Shown here piece by piece: positions 9,751-19,645 of a DNA stretch of 64,000 nucleotides (positions within the stretch are counted from its first letter, which is position 1; each line of letters opens with the position of its first letter). This DNA comes from an uncultured Calditrichaceae bacterium (lineage in GTDB: Bacteria; Calditrichota; Calditrichia; RBG-13-44-9; J075). The position numbers were made by a program, and so were the translations under genes. The notes below the pieces were generated by a model. It saw only the letters and a list, made by a program, of their open reading frames with translations. It did no database searches and was not told the origin of the DNA. Location of the stretch: assembly GCA_964471235.1 (NCBI GenBank), contig CAYYGL010000001.1, positions 5,315 through 69,314 on the forward strand. The letters run 5' to 3'.

Positions 9751-10323
9751 TCAATTGTCCCGCTGTTCAAACAGTTCCACCCGATCAAAACAGGTAAAGC
9801 CCCCCACGTTTTCTGTTCCACCGCCGGAAATCACTACCGATAAACTATCTCCTTCGTTGATCACCAGTGTATCCCGTAAGGTGTATTTTGTCCAAACAGT
9901 ATCTGTCACTATCTGTGCTGCGGTTACATCTCTTGTCTGATCTGTTTTGAGAATAAACATTGCCACTCCGTTGATAATATAGAATTTGCCATAAAATGAG
10001 AGCTCCAGAATATGCTTACCCGGTGGGAGTGGAACAAAATAAGCCGGGGAGTCCGGCAGGGGGCCAAACCATTCCGCTGGCAGGCAAATTGACCAGTTAC
10101 CACCACCGGGCGGGGTATCGTTGGAAAAGGAAATGCTATCGTCCTCCTGAACATACCAATAGGATAGGGAAGGATTGCCATTCTCCTCAAACGAGGAATT
10201 TTTAATCAGGTTTGCTGAGGTGCCGTGGGGAATCCCCAACGGAGCGGTTTTTTTTTTGCAGCCTGAGTTGCTTAGAAAAATGAATAACACCAAACCCGGG
10301 ATTAAATAGAACGATTTCATCAT
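9751..10323 (-). CDS. Hypothetical lipoprotein
   Basis: Signal peptide with lipobox (LSNSGC). 190 aa, no recognisable family. Confidence 0.45.
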   Translation of the reverse strand: MMKSFYLIPGLVLFIFLSNSGCKKKTAPLGIPHGTSANLIKNSSFEENGNPSLSYWYVQEDDSISFSNDTPPGGGNWSICLPAEWFGPLPDSPAYFVPLPPGKHILELSFYGKFYIINGVAMFILKTDQTRDVTAAQIVTDTVWTKYTLRDTLVINEGDSLSVVISGGGTENVGGFTCFDRVELFEQRDN

Positions 10324-10634
10324 TTCTCCTCCCTTTTCAGAAATCTATCCATTAAAAGAGATCATCCAACACATTTGTCACATGGTGTTAAACTCAATTC
10401 GTCCCTGATTTCATCAATACCTACTGCAACTATTAAACCATAACTAAGCATCCATAAGAATTTATCCGAACCCATGACCTCTTTTACAGGTTTCGCAATA
10501 CAAATGGGTATAGAACAGGGATGACTCGGAGGAGACGCGGTATCACTAAAATGACAATTATTTGAAAAAGTACCGAAAATCTGTACGTTCCACTTTTTAT
10601 TCTTAATGCACTGCTTATCAAGTTTTTACCTGTT

Positions 10635-11924
10635 TCAGAAACTAAACTTCACCTCCAGGAACGCCCGGGAGTAAGGTTCGTTCCTGCCAAAGGGGCTGCC
10701 TGAGGGACCGTGAAAGAGGGTCGCCCCGGCAAAAATGTTCAGCCCGTCTGCCAGACCGTAGGTGAGAATCGGCAGCAGGAAAAAATCACCATCCCTCAAA
10801 TTGACCACCCCAATTACCTGCACGTCACTGAAATCGGCAAATTGGTAATGGATTCTTCCGGAAAGCGATTGGGCATACTTCTCCGGCGGATTGGGAGATG
10901 GATTTCCCACCTGGTGCAAGCGGCGAATTTCCGCGGCCCGGTCATATTTCAGGCGGATGGTCTGGATAAACTGGGCGTTCAGGGAGATGTCATCACTGAG
11001 ATTGTAATCACTCCCCAGAACATACTGAATATGGGGATTTTCCACAAACACATCCGTTCCCCGGCGGTCGTGGGTCAAAAAATAGGCGCCCTCACCCTTT
11101 AAAGAGAACTTCCCGGCAGTGGTCACGAAATCCATCCCGAATACCTGCAAGGGAAAGTAATGAGGCTCAAACACTATCCGTACCGGGAGAAAGTTTTTAT
11201 CAAATTCCGGGGTGACCAGCACGGAGGGATTTTTATCAAAGCCGTGGTAGTAACTGAAGGAATAATCGATTTGAAATATTTGGGATGCCAGCCGGATGGC
11301 ATATTCGGAGCTCTCCAGCTCATTCCGGGGGAGAGTCGGATCCAGTAGGATTACCGGCAGATGCCCCATGGAATCGGGCGCGGTCAGGGGGATTTTATGC
11401 GGGGTAAAGCGGGGAATCCAGACGCCCTCCACTGTCCAATTATCCCCGAAGTAATAATCCGCTTTCAGGGCAGAAACGGCGATACGGTAATCCTCTATTT
11501 CGGCAGCAATGTTCTGGAAATCCCAGGGATTCAGATTATCGGTGGGATTAATCCAATCGGCGGTTCCCCAGAAGATAAACTGTTTGCCAATCCGCAGGTC
11601 CAGGTTTTTTAAAAACAGGTCAATGTAGGTTTCCACCGGGTAAATCTCCGTGGTGGCAGCCCGGGATTCATTTAACCTGCCGGTGGAACGGGTTTCTTCC
11701 ACATTGAAATCAAAGGACGCGAAGAAAGCCGCCTTGCTGCCCAGATTGCGATCCAGCGTAAGCTGCAAGCGAGATCCCAGGCGGTCGAAAGGGAAGGGGC
11801 TGTTTAAATTGGGATGGGCAAAAAATTTTAAATAGCCGGAAAGGTCGACCTGTTGTGCGGCTGTCGTTAATGAAACGCTCGGGAGAAGAAATATAAGATA
11901 TAGGAGAATATGTCGAAATTTCAT
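10635..11924 (-). CDS. Putative outer-membrane beta-barrel protein (DUF1302-like partner of RND exporter)
   Basis: N-terminal signal peptide, alternating beta-strand-like pattern, and a C-terminal aromatic (…EVKFSF) typical of OMP barrels. It sits in an operon with the LolA-like and RND genes. Confidence 0.5.
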   Translation of the reverse strand: MKFRHILLYLIFLLPSVSLTTAAQQVDLSGYLKFFAHPNLNSPFPFDRLGSRLQLTLDRNLGSKAAFFASFDFNVEETRSTGRLNESRAATTEIYPVETYIDLFLKNLDLRIGKQFIFWGTADWINPTDNLNPWDFQNIAAEIEDYRIAVSALKADYYFGDNWTVEGVWIPRFTPHKIPLTAPDSMGHLPVILLDPTLPRNELESSEYAIRLASQIFQIDYSFSYYHGFDKNPSVLVTPEFDKNFLPVRIVFEPHYFPLQVFGMDFVTTAGKFSLKGEGAYFLTHDRRGTDVFVENPHIQYVLGSDYNLSDDISLNAQFIQTIRLKYDRAAEIRRLHQVGNPSPNPPEKYAQSLSGRIHYQFADFSDVQVIGVVNLRDGDFFLLPILTYGLADGLNIFAGATLFHGPSGSPFGRNEPYSRAFLEVKFSF

Positions 11925-12021
11925 ATTGACCTTACCCGGTTAGTTGTAAGTTTCACAAATCATTTGTCTTACCTGTTTTAATTGACCCGCAACGCACAGC
12001 AAAAAAGAATACCTCCTCTCT

Positions 12022-12810
12022 TTATCTTGCCCGTTGTAAAAAACGCCGGGTAAAGAAATCCGCCGGAATCCCCCGGTTCACTTCCACATTGTAAAATTTC
12101 ATCTCACTGGAGTGCCCGGTCTGTATATCCTTCATCACCATATCGGTCTGGAACCACACCCCGGCAATATTTTCCACCATCGGCACGTCCAGCGTTTTCC
12201 ATTCCCGCAACCCCCGGTCGAAGTAAAGAGATTTCACCGTCACCAGCCGTTCCTGGTCGATCCAGCGGATAATTTTTCCATACCCGGTATCGCGGGCGAT
12301 TTGTTTATCTGCCGGGAGGGATTCGATCCGGTAACACTGCCGCCCGTTCACTGCTTCATCGGGAAGACGTTTGTACGTCCAATCATTCAATTTGGGCTTG
12401 CCGATGTCGTAATAGGTAAAATCGGAGGACATAAAATTGCCACCTTTGCCGCTGGAGGCAATTCGCTTTACCCGCCGCAGCGCCGGTAAGTATAAATATC
12501 GTTCATCATCGCTGTTTTCATGTTCCTTCAACAGAAAAGCGGTGCCTTTCACATCTGCCGGGGCAGTAAAACGCATCAGCATGTCGCTTTCGTTGGGGGT
12601 GCGCTTGCGGCTGTACATTACCATTTTCCGGACCCGACGTTCCCCCCGGGCATTGGTCAAAATCAACTCCACTTCACCCTGCATATCCTGCCAGGTGGTC
12701 TTGTTAAGGGAGCGTTTCATAATCTCGTATCCACTTAATTCCTGGGCAGAAACCGAGTAGACGACCAGAAACAGGATCATGAGAATGCCTCCCCAAAAAA
12801 ATTTTTTCAT
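12022..12810 (-). CDS. LolA-like outer-membrane lipoprotein-sorting family protein
   Basis: Signal peptide, 262 aa. Its start overlaps the RND gene stop (ATGA), and this family is typically paired with COG1033 exporters. Confidence 0.6.
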   Translation of the reverse strand: MKKFFWGGILMILFLVVYSVSAQELSGYEIMKRSLNKTTWQDMQGEVELILTNARGERRVRKMVMYSRKRTPNESDMLMRFTAPADVKGTAFLLKEHENSDDERYLYLPALRRVKRIASSGKGGNFMSSDFTYYDIGKPKLNDWTYKRLPDEAVNGRQCYRIESLPADKQIARDTGYGKIIRWIDQERLVTVKSLYFDRGLREWKTLDVPMVENIAGVWFQTDMVMKDIQTGHSSEMKFYNVEVNRGIPADFFTRRFLQRAR

Positions 12811-15170
12811 TTCTTCACCTCCGGTTGTGAGCGAAAAACACTGGGTTTCATCAACAATAAAATGACCGGCAAGATGGAAATTGCCCCGAAGCAGGAGGTT
12901 AACATGGCGATGGCAATTAACAAACCCATGTGCTGAACCCCGCCGAATGTGGAAAAGGTAAGCACCGCAAACCCCAGTCCCACGGTCAAGGCGTTGATAA
13001 CAATCGGAATTCCGGCATCTTTTAAAGCGCTGCGAACCCCCTGGGCTTCATCCTGAGTTTGCAGTTCCAGCCGGTAGCGATAAATGAAATGCACAGCGTA
13101 ATCCACTCCCACCCCAATGGCGATGGAAGAGGTGAGCATGGTGACGATATTCAGATTGATATGCGCCCAGCCCATGAAACCGAAATTAAATACCATGGCA
13201 AAGAAGAGCGGAATTACGTTCAATAAGCCGATACCTACCGAACGAAACAGAATTGAAGTTACCGCAGTAACCAGCAGCAGTGATACCAGGATGCTGTAAA
13301 ATTGCCCGGAGACCACCAGATCGTTAATGGCTAAAAATAGCTCAGAAGTGCCGGTGAGCGCCATTTTGAGATTCGGGAAATGCTCTCGGATATATTGCCG
13401 GGTTTTCCGGTCAATCTCCCGCAATACATTGCTGGATTCGGTATCAATAAAGGCGTTGATGCGGGCAATCCGGTAGTCGTAATTCACCAGGTTGGCTAAG
13501 TCTTCCGGTTTACCGGACATCTCATACAACTGCAAATATTGGGAGATTAACTCCCTTCCGGGCACCCGGAATGCCACCTCCTTTTCCACCCATTTACCGT
13601 TTACTTCCACCCAATCGATGCCCACCTCCTGAACGGTATCCGCCGGAATGCGGTCATACGCCGGATCATCGGCATGGAGTACTTTGTTCATTCGCCGGAT
13701 GTAATCCGTTAAAGAGAGGGTGGCACCCACATGGGGTAGCGATTTCAGGTAAGTCTCCAGAGAATCCATTCCCTGCAACATTGCCGGTTCTTTTATCTGG
13801 TTGGCGCTGTCACCTTCCACCATCACCGTTAAAAAGGTGGTGCCGGCAAAATGACGGTTAATGTGTTCGTAATCCACCCGCGCCGGGTGATGCCTGGGAA
13901 AATTGCTGACGGTGTTATTTTCCAGGTGTATCCGGGGGAAGCCCAGCACCGAGAAAAGGATGATCAAGATGATAAATGCCAGAACATACCACCGCCGGTT
14001 CACCACAAAGTCTCCATAAGCTGTTGCCAGACGGTAGAAGCGTCCTTCCATCCGCCGGGTGATTGCCCGCCGGGGAATTTTTAAAAGGCTTAATGTTGCC
14101 GGGATGACACTGAGGGAGAAAATCATGGCAATCATCACCCCCAGGGCGGTAAACCAGCCCAACTGCCCGATGGAACCGATATTGGAGGTATTCAGCGCCA
14201 GGAACCCGAAGGCGGTGGTTACAGAGGTAATGATGACGGGACCGTTTAATTCCCGCATCACCTCAAGCACTAATTCCGGGGCTTTCTCAAATCCCGGCGC
14301 ACGGTGGTAATAATGATTCAGGATGTGAATGCCGTCTGCCACCGCGATAGATGCCAGAAGGATGGGCAGCATGTTGGTGGAATGACTGATGGGAACCCCC
14401 AGGAGCGCCATGATGCCAATCGTCCAGACAACGCTGGCAAGCACCACCGAAAGGGGCAGCAACACCCCCCGGAAACTGCGGAAGCTGAGCCACAGAATTA
14501 AAATAATCAATAAAATGACCAACGAAAAGAGCACCCGGATGTCTCGTGCCATCCCACGCCCCAGGTAAAACGTCAGGATTGGTTTTCCGGTGAGGTAAAT
14601 GCGGGCATCCGTCTTCAGACTATCGATATATCCTTTGATCTCCCCGGCGGCATCTTCCGGTTTGACAGTGTTCTTTAAAAATACCATGATGCCCGCCATG
14701 CGGTGATCTTTGGAGATGATGTTCTCGATGGGGAGATCACTGTGATACAGAATCTGACGGTATTGCGCAATTTCCCGGGGTGTTTCCGGTGGAGCGGAAA
14801 GGATTTCCTTCACCTCCATGCCCTCTTCCGTTCCCCGGATCACCTTGATATTAGTAGGGCTCATCACTGAGTAGACATCAGGCAGATCCTGGAGGTGTGT
14901 GGTGATATCAAAAATCAGTTTCAGAATTTTGGGAGTGAAGATGGAATCGCTTTCCACGGCTATCAATACAAAATCCCGGCTGGGAAAGATCTCGTTCATC
15001 CGATCATAAATGAGTTTGGCAGGTATTTTTTGGGGAAGGGAAGAGGTGATATCCGGATCTACATGTATCAACCGGATGCTATATCCGAAAAAGAGAGTTA
15101 ATAAGAAAATCAGAATGATGGTGGAACGGGGAAAACGCACCACCAATCGAGTAAATGAAAGCATTGGCAT
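12807..15170 (-). CDS. RND-superfamily exporter (MMPL / COG1033 family)
   Basis: 787 aa, with two 6-TM bundles each preceded by a large periplasmic loop. The GxxxD-containing TM segments are typical of MMPL-type RND proteins. Confidence 0.8.
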   Translation of the reverse strand: MPMLSFTRLVVRFPRSTIILIFLLTLFFGYSIRLIHVDPDITSSLPQKIPAKLIYDRMNEIFPSRDFVLIAVESDSIFTPKILKLIFDITTHLQDLPDVYSVMSPTNIKVIRGTEEGMEVKEILSAPPETPREIAQYRQILYHSDLPIENIISKDHRMAGIMVFLKNTVKPEDAAGEIKGYIDSLKTDARIYLTGKPILTFYLGRGMARDIRVLFSLVILLIILILWLSFRSFRGVLLPLSVVLASVVWTIGIMALLGVPISHSTNMLPILLASIAVADGIHILNHYYHRAPGFEKAPELVLEVMRELNGPVIITSVTTAFGFLALNTSNIGSIGQLGWFTALGVMIAMIFSLSVIPATLSLLKIPRRAITRRMEGRFYRLATAYGDFVVNRRWYVLAFIILIILFSVLGFPRIHLENNTVSNFPRHHPARVDYEHINRHFAGTTFLTVMVEGDSANQIKEPAMLQGMDSLETYLKSLPHVGATLSLTDYIRRMNKVLHADDPAYDRIPADTVQEVGIDWVEVNGKWVEKEVAFRVPGRELISQYLQLYEMSGKPEDLANLVNYDYRIARINAFIDTESSNVLREIDRKTRQYIREHFPNLKMALTGTSELFLAINDLVVSGQFYSILVSLLLVTAVTSILFRSVGIGLLNVIPLFFAMVFNFGFMGWAHINLNIVTMLTSSIAIGVGVDYAVHFIYRYRLELQTQDEAQGVRSALKDAGIPIVINALTVGLGFAVLTFSTFGGVQHMGLLIAIAMLTSCFGAISILPVILLLMKPSVFRSQPEVKK

Positions 15171-15380
15171 CTCTCCCTTTCACATCAACCGTATACGAGG
15201 TTCTGTAAGCCTGTTAACTCATAGAACCCATAACCCATCATCAAAATGTACAGCCATTTTTCAATTCACCTCATCCCCTGGTGAAAAGGAGTAAAACATC
15301 TCTCTAAATGTAATCATTTTCCCGGAAAAATATAACTGCAATAAATTTTTCTGAGATGGAATTTTGTAACGACTCAGGTG

Positions 15381-15473
15381 GTTATACCGCAACGAACGCA
15401 ACGTTGGCAACGAACAGATGTTTATCTCTTTCATGATGCGGTCCGTCGCGTATCCGCTGCGTTCATTGCGGTA
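15381..15473. repeat. MITE/REP-like intergenic repeat, copy A (inverted relative to copy B)
   Basis: The reverse complement aligns to 24125-24210. Shared segments include TACCGCAATGA.AGCAGCGGA.ACGCGACGG, AAACATCTGTTCGTTGC.AACGTTGCG and GTATAAC. Terminal inverted repeats read TACCGCAAYGAACGCARCG. Confidence 0.6.
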
Positions 15474-15732
15474 CAGAAAAAGTTTTGATGACAAAAAACA
15501 GATTTCTAGAGCAACTCTTTCTTTTCTACCTCCTAAATAGCTACTACCTGAGTAGTTGCGTAATTTTAAACAATTTACAGAACTGCGAAAAACGGGCGGT
15601 AAATTTTGTTTGTGTCCGGGCAAGATGCTTCCAATAGATGGCATCGTCAAAAGATTACCGGGGGGCATGCCGGGTATCAACTGCAAACAGCCGGATTTTG
15701 AAAATCCGGAGTCAATTGAACATCACGAAAGT

Positions 15733-16785
15733 TTACTCTCTCCGCGCTGGCGGCAAATGCTCCCGGGCGCGGGCTTCCCGTTCCGCCATTTCCTTCACTT
15801 TCCACTGCTTTACTTTTACCTGCTCCTTTATTAACTCCAGCGATTGCAGGAAGATATCTTTGGTGATTTGATCCAGTTGAAAGTCTGCTTCTTCGGTTAA
15901 AAGCGTTTCCAGGGTGATATCGGTAAAATCGGCTATTACCGGTTTATTGTTGGCAGAGGCAAGGTCCTCGATTGCCCCGTTAATCACATTAAATACGATG
16001 TCACTGATGGCTTTTTCCAGGTTGTCGGCAATGATGGACCCGAACACCGGGATCTGGCTGATGGTGTTGATCTCGCGATTTTTATCCACCGCTTCGGCAA
16101 TGCGCCGGTCCACGTATTTTTTAATGTCTTCATGATAAGCGTGATGGGCATCGGCAGACACCTTTTGCACCCGCCGGGCAATCCATTCCACCAGAAATTC
16201 TTTCTGAGGGGAAATCACTTCCCGGAGCACCCGGTTGGTTACCGGGGTGCCGTGCCGAATTTCTTCCTGCACTCCTTCAATGATGTTCACCACTACCCGG
16301 TCGGAGATTTCTTCTACCAGAATGTTGTAGTACTTCACTCCCTTTTCAAAAAGGTAGGTTTTGGTCAAATCGATGATTTGCAGTTTATGTAGTCGAATAA
16401 TGATTGAAATAACCCGCAGAATCCGCAGAAACCGGAAGGAGAGCACCGGAACGCATCCCAACAAATCGTACCAGTGGATGAACGGGTAGAAAAACCAGCG
16501 GTGGTAGATATGGCGCCGGGCGGCGAGAACCCAGCGCAGACTGAATTCCAAAAGAAAAATGATGACAAACCCAAGATCGATAATTAAAAAATTCCGGTGG
16601 ATACGCGTTTCGTAAAAATAATAAAAATCGGGGGTATAGCGGGAAAGGAGATTCTGGAGGGTCTCAGTGATGAATAACCAGTCAAACAGGATTAATCCCA
16701 GGTTAATCATCAGCAAACCCAGCATAAATACATCCAAAATGATAATTTCCACGTTGCGATTCTTCAAAATTTTAGATAGCTTCAT
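15733..16785 (-). CDS. Voltage-sensor-domain (S1-S4) membrane protein with a ~200-aa cytoplasmic C-terminal domain and no pore domain
   Basis: Four N-terminal TM helices carry the canonical VSD signature. This includes the S2 FLLEF charge-transfer Phe/Glu, S3 YDLL, and S4 RFLRILRVISIIIRL with Arg every third residue. No hydrophobic segment follows S4. Confidence 0.55.
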   Translation of the reverse strand: MKLSKILKNRNVEIIILDVFMLGLLMINLGLILFDWLFITETLQNLLSRYTPDFYYFYETRIHRNFLIIDLGFVIIFLLEFSLRWVLAARRHIYHRWFFYPFIHWYDLLGCVPVLSFRFLRILRVISIIIRLHKLQIIDLTKTYLFEKGVKYYNILVEEISDRVVVNIIEGVQEEIRHGTPVTNRVLREVISPQKEFLVEWIARRVQKVSADAHHAYHEDIKKYVDRRIAEAVDKNREINTISQIPVFGSIIADNLEKAISDIVFNVINGAIEDLASANNKPVIADFTDITLETLLTEEADFQLDQITKDIFLQSLELIKEQVKVKQWKVKEMAEREARAREHLPPARRE

Positions 16786-16880
16786 TTTTTATCCTTGATT
16801 AGGGGGTTAAAGGGTTACATATAATTCTATCACAAGTGATAAAAGTAAGTAATCATGTTGATTTCCCTGTCTATCCAAAA

Positions 16881-18302
16881 ATGGTACGGAATATGAAAGA
16901 ATATCAAAAAGTTTTTGAAGCGCAAAAAGCTTTTTTTCAATCCACCGTGCGGCATTCGACTGCCCGGGAGCGAATCGCCAAATTGCGGCGGATAAAATCG
17001 TGGATCTTTGCTCACCAGTCAGAAATTCAGCGGGCGGTATATGAAGATTTCCGAAAAGCCGACGCCGAGGTGGATTTAACGGAGTTGAAACCGGTGCTTA
17101 CGGAAATTGCCCACGCTTCCGCTCATCTTAAGAAATGGATGCGTCCCAAAAGGGTAAAACCAAACCTGCTGTTACTTGGCACCCAATCCTATATCCTCCC
17201 TGAACCAAAAGGAGTGGTGTTAATTTTGGCTCCCTGGAATTTTCCGTTCATGCTAACGGTGGGTCCGTTGGTTTCTGCTATTGCCGCCGGTAATTGTGCA
17301 ATCCTGAAGCCATCGGAGATGACGCCACATACCGCTGAACTTATCAGGAAGATGGTTAGCGATTTATTTGCCCCACAGGAAGTGACCACGTTCTTAGGCG
17401 ACCATCTTGTGGCTCAATCCCTACTAAATTTACCTTTTGATCACATCTTTTTTACCGGCAGCCCGGAAGTGGGTAAGAAAGTGATGAAAGCCGCTGCAAA
17501 CCATTTAAGCTCCGTCACCCTGGAATTAGGCGGGCAAAACCCTACCATCGTGGATGAAAGCGCCGATTTAAAAGATACTGCGGAAAAATTGGTATGGGGA
17601 AAATATTTTAATTGCGGGCAATCCTGTATGGCACCCAATTACACTTTCGTACACGAGAAGGTGCATGACCCTTTACTGGAAGAATTGCGGAAGGCATTTT
17701 CCCGGTTGTATCCGGAAAATAGTAAAAGCATACGGGAAAATGCGGATTTTGCCCGGGTGGTTAACGATCGCCACTTTCGGCGCTTAAGAAAACTAATCAA
17801 TCGTTCGGTAAAAAAAGGCGCAGCCGTCATCATGGGTGGGGAAATGGCAGAAGAAGATTGCTTTATCGCCCCGACCATCCTGGATGATGTGCCCCTGGAT
17901 GCCCCGGTAATGCAGGAAGAAATCTTCGGACCGGTGCTGCCCATCCGAACGTATCAAAATATCGATGAGGTGTTGGAGTTTATCAATCGCGGGGAGAAGC
18001 CGCTGGCACTTTACATTTTTAGCCGGAATCGGAAAAATATTCGCAGAATCGTGAACAGCACCTCCTCCGGAACTGTATGCATCAACGATACCACGGTTCC
18101 CTTTGTGCATCCCAATTTGCCTTTTGGTGGGACAAATTACAGCGGCATCGGGAAAGCGCACGGATATTATGGGTTTATGGCATTCTCCAATGAAAAAGCG
18201 GTGGTGAAACAAAAACGGGGGTTTACCAGCTTAAAATTGGTTTATCCGCCCTATACCAGAACCGTTAAGCGAATGATTCATTGGGTATTAAAATACTTTT
18301 AG
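16881..18302 (+). CDS. Aldehyde dehydrogenase (ALDH3-like, NAD(P)+)
   Basis: APWNFPF, catalytic ELGGQNP and CGQSCMAPNY Cys motif, and GTNYSGIGKAHG. The exact start is uncertain (16836, 16881 or 16896). Confidence 0.85.
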   Translation: MVRNMKEYQKVFEAQKAFFQSTVRHSTARERIAKLRRIKSWIFAHQSEIQRAVYEDFRKADAEVDLTELKPVLTEIAHASAHLKKWMRPKRVKPNLLLLGTQSYILPEPKGVVLILAPWNFPFMLTVGPLVSAIAAGNCAILKPSEMTPHTAELIRKMVSDLFAPQEVTTFLGDHLVAQSLLNLPFDHIFFTGSPEVGKKVMKAAANHLSSVTLELGGQNPTIVDESADLKDTAEKLVWGKYFNCGQSCMAPNYTFVHEKVHDPLLEELRKAFSRLYPENSKSIRENADFARVVNDRHFRRLRKLINRSVKKGAAVIMGGEMAEEDCFIAPTILDDVPLDAPVMQEEIFGPVLPIRTYQNIDEVLEFINRGEKPLALYIFSRNRKNIRRIVNSTSSGTVCINDTTVPFVHPNLPFGGTNYSGIGKAHGYYGFMAFSNEKAVVKQKRGFTSLKLVYPPYTRTVKRMIHWVLKYF

Positions 18303-18311
18303 GAGAAAGAG

Positions 18312-19262
18312 ATGAAATTGGTTGATAATCATACCCGGAACCGGCTGGGCTGTCTCCTGCTGTTCCTGTTGGTTGCTATCGGAATCATCGGTTGTGAACA
18401 TGGACAGAGCAGCGAGAACCATAATACCCCGGCAGATAATGATGCGTTTAAGGACTATTGGTATGCCGGGCTGGCGGAGTTAAATCATTATTCCCTGGAG
18501 CAGGCACGCTACGGTGAAATTCACAAGGGGGATGCCGTGCTGATTTTTGTGACCGAGGACTTTTTGCCGGACCAGCAGGTGAAGTATGAGCATGGTCCAA
18601 AACCGGGCAACACCGAATCGGTCTTAAAATTGAATTTTGTCCGCAAATTTTTCACCGGTATCTACCCATACTCTATGATGAGCTCCATCTTTACCCCGAT
18701 CTCCTCCGCGAATCCCACTCTGAAAGTCAGCACCTCCAGCCAGGAATGGTGCGGGCATACGTACCTGCAATTGAATTACAAAGAACAGCGGTATCAAGGA
18801 TTTCTCCACTCGTATTTTCAGGATGAGGTGTACCGGGAGTATTCGCTGGATGCCGTGGTGTTAGAAGATGCGCTGTGGAATAAAATCCGGATCAATCCCG
18901 GCAGATTGCCGGAAGGGGAGATTCCACTGATTCCCGCCACTCAATTTTTGCGTTTCCGCCATCTGCCTGCAAAAGTTCACCCGGCAATGGCGGTACTAAA
19001 GACCGCTGTTCGGAAAGATATCTCAAGCGATTCCCTCTTTGCCTATCATGTCCGCTATTCGGATATTCAACGGGAGTTGACCATCTACTTCACCCGGGAA
19101 TTTCCGTATGAAATTCTGGGATGGGAAGAAACCTACCCGAGCGGTTTCCGCAACCCCAAATTATTAACCACCCGTGCGGTTCGCACCCACGTGATGCGGC
19201 TGGATTACTGGCGTCGACACTCGGTGGCGGATTCTACCTATCGGAAAGAATTTGGCTTTTGA
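18312..19262 (+). CDS. Hypothetical lipoprotein
   Basis: Signal peptide with lipobox (IIGC), 316 aa. It is tightly linked to the ALDH gene (10-nt gap) and has no recognisable family. Confidence 0.45.
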   Translation: MKLVDNHTRNRLGCLLLFLLVAIGIIGCEHGQSSENHNTPADNDAFKDYWYAGLAELNHYSLEQARYGEIHKGDAVLIFVTEDFLPDQQVKYEHGPKPGNTESVLKLNFVRKFFTGIYPYSMMSSIFTPISSANPTLKVSTSSQEWCGHTYLQLNYKEQRYQGFLHSYFQDEVYREYSLDAVVLEDALWNKIRINPGRLPEGEIPLIPATQFLRFRHLPAKVHPAMAVLKTAVRKDISSDSLFAYHVRYSDIQRELTIYFTREFPYEILGWEETYPSGFRNPKLLTTRAVRTHVMRLDYWRRHSVADSTYRKEFGF

Positions 19263-19396
19263 AGCTGGATGAGACGTAATGTACATAAGCGGATGGAATG
19301 ACGGAAGTTTGAGCAGCAGCATATCTACAGAGGTTCATTCTAAGTATCCGAACAAATAAAAAGGAATTTTACACCCCAATTCCAATTTTGTAAAGT

Positions 19397-19431
19397 GGGG
19401 TTGACAAAAATGTTCATATTTTGTCAACCCC
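19397..19431. repeat. Perfect 13-bp inverted repeat GGGGTTGACAAAA-9nt-TTTTGTCAACCCC between convergent genes (candidate bidirectional terminator or operator)
   Basis: The sequence was read directly. It is nested within a longer imperfect palindrome (ACACCCCA...TGGGGT). Confidence 0.5.
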
Positions 19432-19645
19432 ACCTTACACTTTTTCAGTAGAGAACGCTTTTCGGAATTTACATCAGTCGGTTGCGTTTCAATTTCATGT
19501 AAAATTGTAAGCCCAATCTGTCATGTCGGTTTGTGCTGCTATCAGGCAGGCGATACTGTCACAGAGTGGCTCCGTTGGAGGCTTCTCATTCCGGAGATTC
19601 TTCCAATTTACACAGATTTTCTGATTTTGAGGAAAAGGGAGAAAA

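Noticed and set aside
15261-15686. 141-aa ORF in the RND–VSD intergenic region
   Set aside because: It overlaps the MITE-like repeat copy A and has low coding-like composition. The region is better explained as non-coding with a repeat element.
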